The notes under the pieces are model-generated. The model did no database searches. It was not told where the DNA came from and was given only the letters and a program-made list of their open reading frames with translations. Below are positions 43,857 to 54,100 of a stretch of DNA of 64,000 nt, in pieces. Every line of letters starts with the position of its first letter. Position 1 is the stretch's first letter. A program made the position numbers and the translations under genes. Source of the DNA: a virus; the IMG/VR virus record IMGVR_UViG_3300032291_003205, positions 38,224 through 102,223 of that record, one strand, 5' to 3'.

Positions 43857-44563
43857 TGGAAGAGGTAGTAGTAAAGAAGAAAAAGGGTGTCCAATATTTT
43901 ACCCAAGACACAGAGGATGCTATTGTATTATATAATAACACTACTGATTTTGAGGTAAAAAGTAGAATCTATCACGATAGAATCCATTACGCCTTTTTTA
44001 AACTTACCGAAAACATTATTCATACCTTTAAGTTTTATTATACTGAGGTAGATAATATTGAGGATTTACAACACGAAGTAATTACTTTCCTACTATCTAA
44101 AATCCATTTATTTAATCCAGAAAGAGGAGCTAAAGCATATTCTTATTTTGGAACAATTGCTAAACGTTATTTAATTTTATCAAACCAGAAAAATTATAAA
44201 AAACGTATTGATACTGTTGCTTTAGATACTATTGAGGAAGACGAGGAACATTCATATAGCATCGATGATTCATCGCACGATGAACGTCTATCGATGTTTA
44301 TAGACATATTTACCGAGTATTGCACACGAAATATTTATAATTTATTTCCTAAAGAATATGACGCTCAAATTGCGGATGCTATTTTAGAACTATTTCGTAA
44401 AAGAGAACATTTAGATATATTTAATAAAAAAGCTCTTTACATTTATATCCGTGAGATCGTAGACGTTAAAACTCCTAAAATTACCAAGATAGCAAATCAA
44501 CTCTACGACATTTTTAAAGAAGGTTATATATTTTATTTAGAACACGGATATACAAGTTTTTAG
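43856..44563 (+). CDS. Phage sigma-factor-like protein (gp55-like late sigma)
   Basis: Region-2-like FNPERGAKAYSYFGTIAKRYLI; upstream of structural genes. Confidence 0.6.
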   Translation: MEEVVVKKKKGVQYFTQDTEDAIVLYNNTTDFEVKSRIYHDRIHYAFFKLTENIIHTFKFYYTEVDNIEDLQHEVITFLLSKIHLFNPERGAKAYSYFGTIAKRYLILSNQKNYKKRIDTVALDTIEEDEEHSYSIDDSSHDERLSMFIDIFTEYCTRNIYNLFPKEYDAQIADAILELFRKREHLDIFNKKALYIYIREIVDVKTPKITKIANQLYDIFKEGYIFYLEHGYTSF

Positions 44564-44596
44564 TTTTCATATTTATAAGAAACTAACTGTATATTT

Positions 44597-44932
44597 ATGT
44601 CACAATTTGAAAATATTATCTTTGGTAAGAAAAAATTCTCCGATGTTTTGGAGGAAATTTACAATAACCAAAAGAAAAAAGATCAACAGGTTACTGCTCT
44701 AATTAATGAGTTAAAACCCTTAATTTCTGACATTGGAGACGCTACTCTTGTTGTTCCTTTAATTAAGGAATATATGGAAATTAGTGTTAAAAATGATGAT
44801 ATTTTAATTAAAATGGCTGCCTTAGCTCAACGTGCTATGGCAACAGTAACCTCTGATGGTTCTCTTACTATTTCTGATGAGGAAAAAGAGCAGTTATTAT
44901 CTGCTATGAACGAGTTAAAAGGAGGTAAATAA
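44597..44932 (+). CDS. Hypothetical protein
   Basis: Coiled-coil ORF. Confidence 0.6.
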   Translation: MSQFENIIFGKKKFSDVLEEIYNNQKKKDQQVTALINELKPLISDIGDATLVVPLIKEYMEISVKNDDILIKMAALAQRAMATVTSDGSLTISDEEKEQLLSAMNELKGGK

Positions 44933-46164
44933 TGGCTAAATATGGATTTGCGGCTCTAAATCAAAATTTAAATCCAAGTTTAAGTAATAACTTTGGGGTA
45001 TTAAATGCTGTAAATCAACTTAGCCTAAATAAGGCCGTTAGGGTATTAAGTATTGTTTTAGATAGTACACACCCACGTTTTAAAGAATTAGGTGAATGGA
45101 ATGGTTTAGGTATCATAGAATATGAGGATGTAGATAATCCATTACCATCAAATACTCCTTCGACGGCTCGTCCTTTATATAGTAATAATAAAAAATATCC
45201 TTTAGTAAACGAAATTGTTTACCTCATATCACAACCAGATACAAATATTTTTGAGTTTTCTACAAGTGCTACTGATTATTATTTAGATGTAATTTCTTTA
45301 TGGAATAGTAATCACCATAATGCTTATCCTACTACCCCAAATATATTACCTCCATCACAACAAAAAGATTATATTCAAACTCAAGCAGGTAATGTTAGAC
45401 GAGTTACAGATCAATCTACAGAAATATTTTTAGGTAAAACATTTTTTGAACGATCTAATATTCATCCCTTACTACCTTTTGAAGGGGATGTTATTAATGA
45501 GGGAAGATGGGGTAACTCAATTCGTATTGGTTCTACTGTAGCAGATACTTTAAACAATTGGTCTTCAGTTGGTTTAAATGGTGATCCTATTTTAATTATT
45601 AGAAATGGTCAAGGTGTTCAAACAGAAGAAGGTTGGATACCAACAGTAGAGGATATTAACAATGATGATTCCTCAATTTATGCTACAAGTACTCAGAAAA
45701 TACCTTTAAAAGCCTCAAGTACTATATATGATAGTTACAAAACAGCTCCTACAGTCCCAGATCAATATGCTGGAAAACAAGTTATTTTAAACTCAGGTCG
45801 ATTGGTATTTAATACTACTCAAGACCATTTATTATTAAGTTCTGCTCAAACAATAGGATTTAATTCTGTTAAAGGATTTAATTTTGATACTAAAGCAAAT
45901 TTTGTTGTAGGTGCTCCTTCAATTAAACTAGGTTCTAAAAACGCTACCGAACCTTTATTATTAGGAAATAAAACAGTTACTTTATTAAATCAGCTACTAG
46001 TAAATTTAGAGGCGTTTATGACTATTTGCTCAACATTAGTTTCAACTCCTCCAGGTACTCCTTTAGGACCTTTAAATATTGTAGCAGGACAAATGTCAAC
46101 TATATTAAATGGTTTGCAACAAAATCTTCAAGATATTAAATCTAAAAATAATTTTACAGTATAA
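44932..46164 (+). CDS. Putative baseplate hub / spike protein
   Basis: OB-like N-terminus, EGRWGNSIRIGS, IKLGSKNATEPLLLGN. Confidence 0.55.
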   Translation: MAKYGFAALNQNLNPSLSNNFGVLNAVNQLSLNKAVRVLSIVLDSTHPRFKELGEWNGLGIIEYEDVDNPLPSNTPSTARPLYSNNKKYPLVNEIVYLISQPDTNIFEFSTSATDYYLDVISLWNSNHHNAYPTTPNILPPSQQKDYIQTQAGNVRRVTDQSTEIFLGKTFFERSNIHPLLPFEGDVINEGRWGNSIRIGSTVADTLNNWSSVGLNGDPILIIRNGQGVQTEEGWIPTVEDINNDDSSIYATSTQKIPLKASSTIYDSYKTAPTVPDQYAGKQVILNSGRLVFNTTQDHLLLSSAQTIGFNSVKGFNFDTKANFVVGAPSIKLGSKNATEPLLLGNKTVTLLNQLLVNLEAFMTICSTLVSTPPGTPLGPLNIVAGQMSTILNGLQQNLQDIKSKNNFTV

Positions 46165-47030
46165 TGGCAAATATACAAGATATTGATTTACAAGCAATCC
46201 AAAATGCTACCCCAGATAATTTAAAAGCATCTGGTACTGCTAAATTAGGTACATTAATATTTGACCAAGGTAAAGTAATAAATCAATTGTTAGATCCTAT
46301 TGCTAATAAATTATTATCTCAAGTTACTTCTCCGGATGGAACTTGTGTTTCTCAACAAATACTAGACGAAACTATTACTCAAAGAAATGGTTTAGTTTTA
46401 CAGTTAAACAATATAGGTAATAATTTAGATAAATTAACTAATACTTTAACAGGTCTTTCTAATTATTTAAGTTTAGCTCAAACCGTTATAACAATACTTA
46501 AAACGACTAAAATAGCTACTTCTATAGCAGCTAAGGTTTTACCTGTTGTTCCTGGAATTATTCCTTCTACTATAAGTGATTTAGAGGATGCTAAAAATCA
46601 AATTACATTTACAAATACAGGTACCTCAAAATTAGATAAAATCCAAGGTTCAGTATCTTCAGCTGCTATTTCAGTATCAATTGTAAATGGGTATATTTTA
46701 AATATTGTTAATACATTAAATTTATTAGATATTATTTTAATAAAATGTAGTCCAAATTCAACACTTTCCTCTATATCTAAAGGAATAAAAGCTAGTGCAG
46801 ATGCACAAAAACAAGCCCAAGCAACTATTAATCAAATAACATATAATGGTTTTATTATTGAAATACAAGAAGTACCTTACACACCTACTGTTACTCGTAG
46901 ACGAGCAGTTGGTAAAACTCAACAAGGTATTATTTTAATACAAACCGAATTATCATTTACTACTGATCCATTAACTTTAATTAATGAATTAAAACTAATA
47001 ATTGATAGAGACAATTTAAAAGCTTATTAA
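46164..47030 (+). CDS. Hypothetical (structural) protein
   Basis: Context. Confidence 0.6.
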   Translation: MANIQDIDLQAIQNATPDNLKASGTAKLGTLIFDQGKVINQLLDPIANKLLSQVTSPDGTCVSQQILDETITQRNGLVLQLNNIGNNLDKLTNTLTGLSNYLSLAQTVITILKTTKIATSIAAKVLPVVPGIIPSTISDLEDAKNQITFTNTGTSKLDKIQGSVSSAAISVSIVNGYILNIVNTLNLLDIILIKCSPNSTLSSISKGIKASADAQKQAQATINQITYNGFIIEIQEVPYTPTVTRRRAVGKTQQGIILIQTELSFTTDPLTLINELKLIIDRDNLKAY

Positions 47031-47047
47031 CTTAATATTTATAAACA

Positions 47048-47395
47048 ATGAAACCATCAGATTTTAAAAAAATTATTAAAGAGGCAGTAAGGGAAGCTAT
47101 CCAAGAAGAATTAAAAGATATTCTATTGGAAGCTGTTCGTGCCCCTAAAACAATTGTTACGGAGTCACTTAGAGACACTTACGCTCAACCACATCTTTCC
47201 AAACCAAAACAATTAACTCCAGCTGAAAGACAAGCAATGTTTGGAGGTATTTTAGAGGAAATGCAAGTTGGAGGAGCAGCAACAACTGCTTACGCTGGTA
47301 ATTTTCAAGCAAACGGACCAGTAGATGCTGTTAACGGAGCATTACCTGAAGGTAGTGTTGGATTAGATCAAATAATGGCTTTAATGAATAAATAA
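47048..47395 (+). CDS. Hypothetical virion protein
   Basis: KKIIKEAVREAIQEEL motif. Confidence 0.6.
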   Translation: MKPSDFKKIIKEAVREAIQEELKDILLEAVRAPKTIVTESLRDTYAQPHLSKPKQLTPAERQAMFGGILEEMQVGGAATTAYAGNFQANGPVDAVNGALPEGSVGLDQIMALMNK

Positions 47396-47802
47396 TGGCA
47401 TTTGGAGCTAAAAAGATATTTCCTATAGATACCCAACCCGGAACGGCTGTTGGGGTGGATATTCCTTTTAATGCTCCTGCTGTTTTTAAACCAAATTATA
47501 CTACTCAAGCATCAATTAAAAACAATTTAATTAATTTCTTTTTAACAAATAAAAATGAAAGATATTTAAATCCAACTTTTGGTGGTGATTTACGAGCTTT
47601 TATATTTCAACAAATAACTGAAGGAAATTTAGATTACTTAAAACAAGATATTCAGTCTCAATTAGGTATATACTTTCAGAACGTGATTATTGCAAGTTTA
47701 GATATTTTATCTTCACCTGATATTAATCAAATTAGTGTAATATTAAAATATAGTATAAAAGATACTGGATTAACTGACGAAATACAATTAGCATTTATAT
47801 AA
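47395..47802 (+). CDS. Baseplate wedge protein, gp25-like
   Basis: IKNNLINFFLTNKNERYLNPTFGGDL. Confidence 0.85.
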   Translation: MAFGAKKIFPIDTQPGTAVGVDIPFNAPAVFKPNYTTQASIKNNLINFFLTNKNERYLNPTFGGDLRAFIFQQITEGNLDYLKQDIQSQLGIYFQNVIIASLDILSSPDINQISVILKYSIKDTGLTDEIQLAFI

Positions 47803-49661
47803 TGGCTACTAAAAAAAGAAATATAACCTATATTAATAAGGACTTTAGCGAACTAAGGGCTAGTTTAATTGACTATGCTAGAACTTATTTCCCCACTACT
47901 TATAATGATTTTACACCTACCTCTCCAGGTATGATGTTTATGGAAATGGCTGCTTATGTAGGTGATGTTTTGTCATTCTATATGGATAACCAAATCCAAG
48001 AAAACTTTTTACAGTATGCTCGTCAAACAAACAACTTATATGAGTTAGCTTATATGTTTGGTTATAAACCAAATGTAACCCAAGTTGCTATTACTAATGT
48101 AGATTTTTATCAACAAGTCCCTTCAATCGTATCGGCATCTACTTATTATCCCGATTTTACTTATTCCTTATTTATTGATCAGAATTCTCAGGTACAATCA
48201 TCAACTAATACAGCCACCTCATTTTTAATTCAAGATCCAGTAGATTTTTCAGTTTCAAGTTCAGGCGACCCAACAGAAATTTCAGTATATGCTACATCAG
48301 GTGGAAATCCTACCTATTTCTTATTAAAGAAAACAAGACAAGCAGCATCCGCTACTATTAATACAACAACATTTAGTTTTGGAGCTCCTGTTCCTTTTAA
48401 TACAGTTGACATTACAGCCGATAAAATAATTGGTATTTTAGATATAACAGATAGTAATGGAAATATATGGTATGAGGTAGATTATTTGGCTCAAGAAACA
48501 ATATTTGATTCAATTAAAAATACTAATACAAACGATCCTAATTTATCACAATATCAAGGAGATACTCCTTACTTATTACAATTACAACTAATTCAAAGAA
48601 GATTTGCTACTCGTTTTATAAACTCTAGAACTCTTCAATTACAATTTGGTTCAGGAACAACAGCAGATAATGATGCCGAAATTATTCCTAATCCAGATAA
48701 CGTGGGTTTAGGGTTACCTTTTGGTCAAAGTAAATTAACAACAGCATTTTCACCCTCCAACTTTATATTTACAAATACTTACGGTATTGCACCTTCAAAT
48801 ACTACTTTAACAGTAAGGTATTTAACAGGTGGAGGAGCAGAAGCAAACGTACCTTCAAACGATTTAACTAATATTGTAGCAAATATTAACTTTTTAAACT
48901 CAAATTTAAATTCAACTACAGCTAATACTATATTTAATTCATTAGCTGTTACGAACCCAATAGCAGCAGATGGTGGTGGAGATGGAGATTCAATAGATGA
49001 AATTAGACAAAATGCTTCAGCTAATTATGCCTCTCAGTTACGTAACGTAACTCAAGATGATTATTTAGTAAGGACATTATCCATGCCTGCTAAATACGGA
49101 GTTGTTGCTAAAGCATTTATTGAACCAACTAAAGCTCAATCTCAAACAGCAGGACAAAATGCCTCTATTTTAGATTTATATGTTTTAACTTTTGATATTA
49201 ATAATAAATTAAACACAGCTTCTCGTGCTTTAAAACAAAATATTACTACTTATCTTTCTCAGTATAGAATGGTTAATGATTCTGTTAATATTAAAGATGC
49301 TTTTATTATAAACATAGGAGTTAATTTTGATATTATTATTTTACCTAATTTTAATAGTAATGAAGTTTTATCTAAATGTATTTTAGCATTACAAGATTTC
49401 TTTGCTATTAGTAAATGGGCAATTAATGAACCTATTGTATTAAGAGATCTTTATATCTTATTAGATGCTATTGAAGGAGTTCAAACAGTTAAAACAATTA
49501 ATATTACTAATTTAGTAGGAGAAAATTTAGGATACTCACCTTATGCTTATGATATAAATGGTGCTACAATTTCTAACGTAGTTTATCCTTCACTAGACCC
49601 AAGTATTTTTGAATTAAAATATCCTAACACAGATATTCAAGGAAGAGTAGTAAATTTATAA
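47802..49661 (+). CDS. Baseplate wedge protein, gp6/J-like
   Basis: KDFSELR...YNDF...MAAYVGDVLSFY; RNVTQDDY. Confidence 0.85.
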   Translation: MATKKRNITYINKDFSELRASLIDYARTYFPTTYNDFTPTSPGMMFMEMAAYVGDVLSFYMDNQIQENFLQYARQTNNLYELAYMFGYKPNVTQVAITNVDFYQQVPSIVSASTYYPDFTYSLFIDQNSQVQSSTNTATSFLIQDPVDFSVSSSGDPTEISVYATSGGNPTYFLLKKTRQAASATINTTTFSFGAPVPFNTVDITADKIIGILDITDSNGNIWYEVDYLAQETIFDSIKNTNTNDPNLSQYQGDTPYLLQLQLIQRRFATRFINSRTLQLQFGSGTTADNDAEIIPNPDNVGLGLPFGQSKLTTAFSPSNFIFTNTYGIAPSNTTLTVRYLTGGGAEANVPSNDLTNIVANINFLNSNLNSTTANTIFNSLAVTNPIAADGGGDGDSIDEIRQNASANYASQLRNVTQDDYLVRTLSMPAKYGVVAKAFIEPTKAQSQTAGQNASILDLYVLTFDINNKLNTASRALKQNITTYLSQYRMVNDSVNIKDAFIINIGVNFDIIILPNFNSNEVLSKCILALQDFFAISKWAINEPIVLRDLYILLDAIEGVQTVKTINITNLVGENLGYSPYAYDINGATISNVVYPSLDPSIFELKYPNTDIQGRVVNL

Positions 49662-49665
49662 CAAA

Positions 49666-50808
49666 ATGGCCGTATTAAAAATATTCCCCGAAAAAGACGC
49701 TACATTATATTCTCTATTCCCTAACATGAATACGGGATTAGATGAAATAGTTGAAGCTACTCTTACAACATTTGCTTATTCTAATCCAAGTCCACAAGCT
49801 AGTAGATTTGTCCTCCAGTTTAATAGTACTGAGTTATCATCATCAATTAGCTTAATTCCTACAAATAAGTATAATAATGGAAATTGGAAAGCCCAATTAC
49901 AGTGTTTTATAGCTACAGTTGATGGTTTAAATGTAGACACTACTGTTAAGTGTTTCCCCTTAGCTGATCCTTGGGGAATGGGAACGGGACGTTACTTAGA
50001 TAGTCCTATATCAACAAACGGAACATCTTGGATTTGGGCCGATTATTCAGGTAGTACATTATGGACCGCAAGTATTCCAACCGGGGCAACTGCCTCTTAT
50101 ACTTCATCCGTTCCAGCAGGTGGTGGGGTATGGTACACAGGTTCTCAATATTCTTCTTCTGTTACTTTTACTTATAGAACAGATAAAGATATTAATTTAG
50201 ATGTAACTCCTACAGTTAAAGCTTGGACAACTGGTTCTGGTACTATTCCTACAACAAAATTAACTAATTATGGATTTATAGTTAAACAAGATGTAGAATT
50301 TGTAAATAACAACAATTACCAACCCGAATTAAAATATTTTTCTGTTGATACAAATACAATTTATCCTCCGGCTTTACAAATTAGTTGGGATGATTTTGTA
50401 TTTAATACTGGTTCTTCAACCCAAACAATTTTAAATACATTACCAGCTACAGTCACAATAGCCCAAAACCCAGGAGTGTTTTATAGTGAAAGTATTAATA
50501 GATTTAGAATAAATGCTCGTCCTGAATACCCTATTCAATTATGGGAAACATCCTCTGTTTATACAAATAATTATTTTTTACCTACAGCTTCTTATTATGC
50601 TATTAAGGATTTAGAAACTAATGAATATATAGTTGATTTTGATTCTACTTATACTAAATTAAGTGCTGATGCTACCTCAAGTTATTTTGATATATATATG
50701 AACTATCTCCAACCAGAAAGATATTATACTATTTTAATTCAAAGTACAATTGATGGTTCAACAGTTGTATTTAATGACCAATACTACTTTAAAGTAATTA
50801 ACGGATAA
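49666..50808 (+). CDS. Putative structural protein
   Basis: KDATLY...NTGLDEI; context. Confidence 0.6.
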   Translation: MAVLKIFPEKDATLYSLFPNMNTGLDEIVEATLTTFAYSNPSPQASRFVLQFNSTELSSSISLIPTNKYNNGNWKAQLQCFIATVDGLNVDTTVKCFPLADPWGMGTGRYLDSPISTNGTSWIWADYSGSTLWTASIPTGATASYTSSVPAGGGVWYTGSQYSSSVTFTYRTDKDINLDVTPTVKAWTTGSGTIPTTKLTNYGFIVKQDVEFVNNNNYQPELKYFSVDTNTIYPPALQISWDDFVFNTGSSTQTILNTLPATVTIAQNPGVFYSESINRFRINARPEYPIQLWETSSVYTNNYFLPTASYYAIKDLETNEYIVDFDSTYTKLSADATSSYFDIYMNYLQPERYYTILIQSTIDGSTVVFNDQYYFKVING

Positions 50809-51149
50809 TGGAGCAAATAAACTTAAATAAACAAGTTTATGATAAAAATCAATACCAAAAGGTAATTGATACTTCTTTTACTCAATTAGTTAATATTACT
50901 TCTTCTCTTACTTCATCACTCCCTACAATATCTGTAGATCAATTTTTTCAATATTATCAAGATTTATTTTTTATTATACCTAAGTTTGGAGATATAAATT
51001 CTCATGAGTATCTTATAAAAACGAGTACTGATTATATTGGTGTTTCACAACAAACAAATGATACAATTCAAGCATTAGTTGAGGAAGTAACATCTTTAAG
51101 ACAAGAAAATCTTAGTTTACAACAACAAACACTCACAGGAAGTATATAA
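50808..51149 (+). CDS. Putative structural protein
   Basis: Context. Confidence 0.55.
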   Translation: MEQINLNKQVYDKNQYQKVIDTSFTQLVNITSSLTSSLPTISVDQFFQYYQDLFFIIPKFGDINSHEYLIKTSTDYIGVSQQTNDTIQALVEEVTSLRQENLSLQQQTLTGSI

Positions 51150-54100
51150 TGGCCGAAATAATTAATATAAACCCAATAAACCCACTTACCTTTGAACTAC
51201 AGGAATATTCTGTTTCTGATAGTTCTCTTATTACTTCATTTGATATAGATACTACATTTAATCCTAATATTGATTATTTAGAGTATTTTATTTATGATTT
51301 AAATGGTAATATTTTAACACAAAACGTTAGTGGGTACCCTGGATATAAATTAATTGATAATGATGTTGTTTTATACCCTGAAGTAGATTTAAAGGCTTAT
51401 GGTTATACCGAAGGTCAATATAATACTTTATATAATTTTTTAAGTCCAAAATTAGGTTCCAATAGTTTTACCCCTTACTATATTTCAGAAATTAGTTCTG
51501 ACAGGACAGAAGTTAGATTAGATACAACAGCTATTCCTAATGCTTTAGTAATTTCCTCTTCTTTAGAATTAATTAATGATATTACAAATTCTACAGGAAG
51601 TTATTATGATTTTTACTTAAATTTTGGTAATAATGATTTAGTTATTGCTGTTAATGCTTTATTAGATACAACAGATTCTACTAATCCTACAGTTTTAATT
51701 AAATTATATGAGCCATTACCTCCCCAATTTGATTTACAATCTCAATTATGGGTTGTAAACCAAGTATCGGAACCAGTTGCTTACAACATTAATATTTCTC
51801 AAACCTTTGATATTGCCGATAACAATATACAATTAAGAGGTCCTAATACTAATATTAGTGTTAAAAACCAAATAAATAACTCTACAGATTATTCTAATTA
51901 TCAAGCATTATCTGCTACTACTGCTAAAACAGGATCTAATAGTCTACAATATCAATTAAACAATTTATTAGCTCAAACAGGGGTAACAGTAAACGTAGAT
52001 TATTCTGATTATTCTAATTTTATTCATTTTTCTAATGCTCAAGTAAGATTAGAAAATTTTTATTATAAGTTATCATTAATTGAACAATATTCTTATAGTT
52101 CAAGTTTATCTAACAATACTCCATCAAATTATTATGTATCTCAAAGTAGTGTAATCTATCAAAGTAAGATAGATGCTATTATTACTACTTTTGATAATTA
52201 CGAGTACTATCTTTATTACAATTCAGGCTCAACTAATTGGCCTAAATCAAATACTGCTCCCCCATATGTAAACGTATCTACAACCTCATCAGCAGGTTTA
52301 ACTTGGTTTGCAAGTCAATCAGCAGTAGCAGAATTATATGATTCTGAAAATAACGATGCTTTAACTTTAGCAATCCCTTCATATCTAAGAGATGATGATA
52401 ACAACCAACAATATATTTTGTTTGTTGAAATGATTGGTCAATTATTTGATGAGGTATTTGTTTATCTACAGGGAATTACAGATAAAGCAAATAACGATAA
52501 TAGATTAACTTATGGTGTTTCTAAAGATTTAGTAGCCGATGTTTTAAGAGATTTAGGTATTAAAATTTATCAAAATAATTTCTCATCAAATGATCTTTAT
52601 CAAGCATTAATTGGTATAACTCCATCAGGCAGTTTATATAATTTACCTTTTACTACTCCGACCCTACCAGTGCCATCAGGATCGGGTTTACAATATATAA
52701 CAACGTATATAACCGCATCAACTACCAGTTCGTTGATACCCACGTACGACATAAATGCTTCGGTTTATAAACGAATATATAACAGTGTTCCTTATATTTT
52801 AAAGAAAAAGGGTTCATATGCTGGTTTAAGAGCTTTAATTAATTTATTTGGAGTTCCGGATACTGTATTAAGAATTTCTGAGTTTGGAGGTCAAAATAAG
52901 ATTAATACTAATGATTACGATTATTGGTATAATCAATTTAATTATGCTTTTTATACCTCAGGTTCAAACTATGTAACTTCATCTTTTAGTTTAAATAATG
53001 CTTGGGCCTCTAGTAATGATGTTCCTCAAGCTGTAGAATTTAGATTTAAAACAGATGGTTTACCTCAAAACACAGCAAGTATTGCTTCTCAAAGTTTATG
53101 GGAAACTGATGGATTAATTAAATTAGTTTTAAAATATACTGGTTCAGGATACACAAGCGGTTCATACTCAGGTTCCGTAATAAATCCTTATAACCAATAC
53201 GCTAAATTAGATTTTATTCCTGATTATACTTCCCCACAAACATCAGCAAGTGTATATTTACCTTTTTATGATGGAGGTTGGTGGTCTGTTTTAGTAAATA
53301 AAGAAGGTACAAACTATACTTTAACAGCAAAAAATAAAATTTACATTGGAGATGATGGTAATTTTATAGGTTTCCAAGCATCCTCTTCAATTAATCCATC
53401 TACATCAGATCCTTGGAATAATAGTACTAAATCTTATTTTGGTATTTCATCCTCATTATCAGGGAAAATATTTACTGGTTCTTTACAAGAAATTAGATAT
53501 TATACTAATGCTTTATCTCAAAGTAATTTTGATGATTATGTAATGAATCCTTATGCTATTGATGGTAATTATGTTAATTCTGCTCCTTATGTTTTAGCTT
53601 TTAGAGCACCTTTAGGTTCAGACTTAATTACAGGTTCAACAACTTCTATCCATCCTAAAATAACAGGATCTTGGGTTGCTACCTCTTCATTTGCCTCTAA
53701 TAGTAGTTATTATTATAAATCAACCCCTGCTTTTGAACAAAATACAGAAGTTATTTTTGTAAATGAGTTTCCTGCAGGTATTAAAAATAGGATTTCAAAT
53801 AAAATCCAACAACAAAATATTGTATTACCTTATAGTAGTAGTGATTCTAATATTCCTAATGCTGATGTATTATCTCCTTTTAGATCTATTCAACAACAGT
53901 CTACATTAAGTGGTTCGTATACTAAAAACATTAATTATGTTGAAATCGCTTTTTCACCTCAAAATGAAATAAACGATGATATTAACGAACAATTAGGTTA
54001 CTTTAATATTGGTGAGTACATTGGAGATCCAAGATTACAATCCACTACCGCAGAATCATATCCTGATTTAGATGCTTTAAGGGATGCTTATTTTGAAAAA

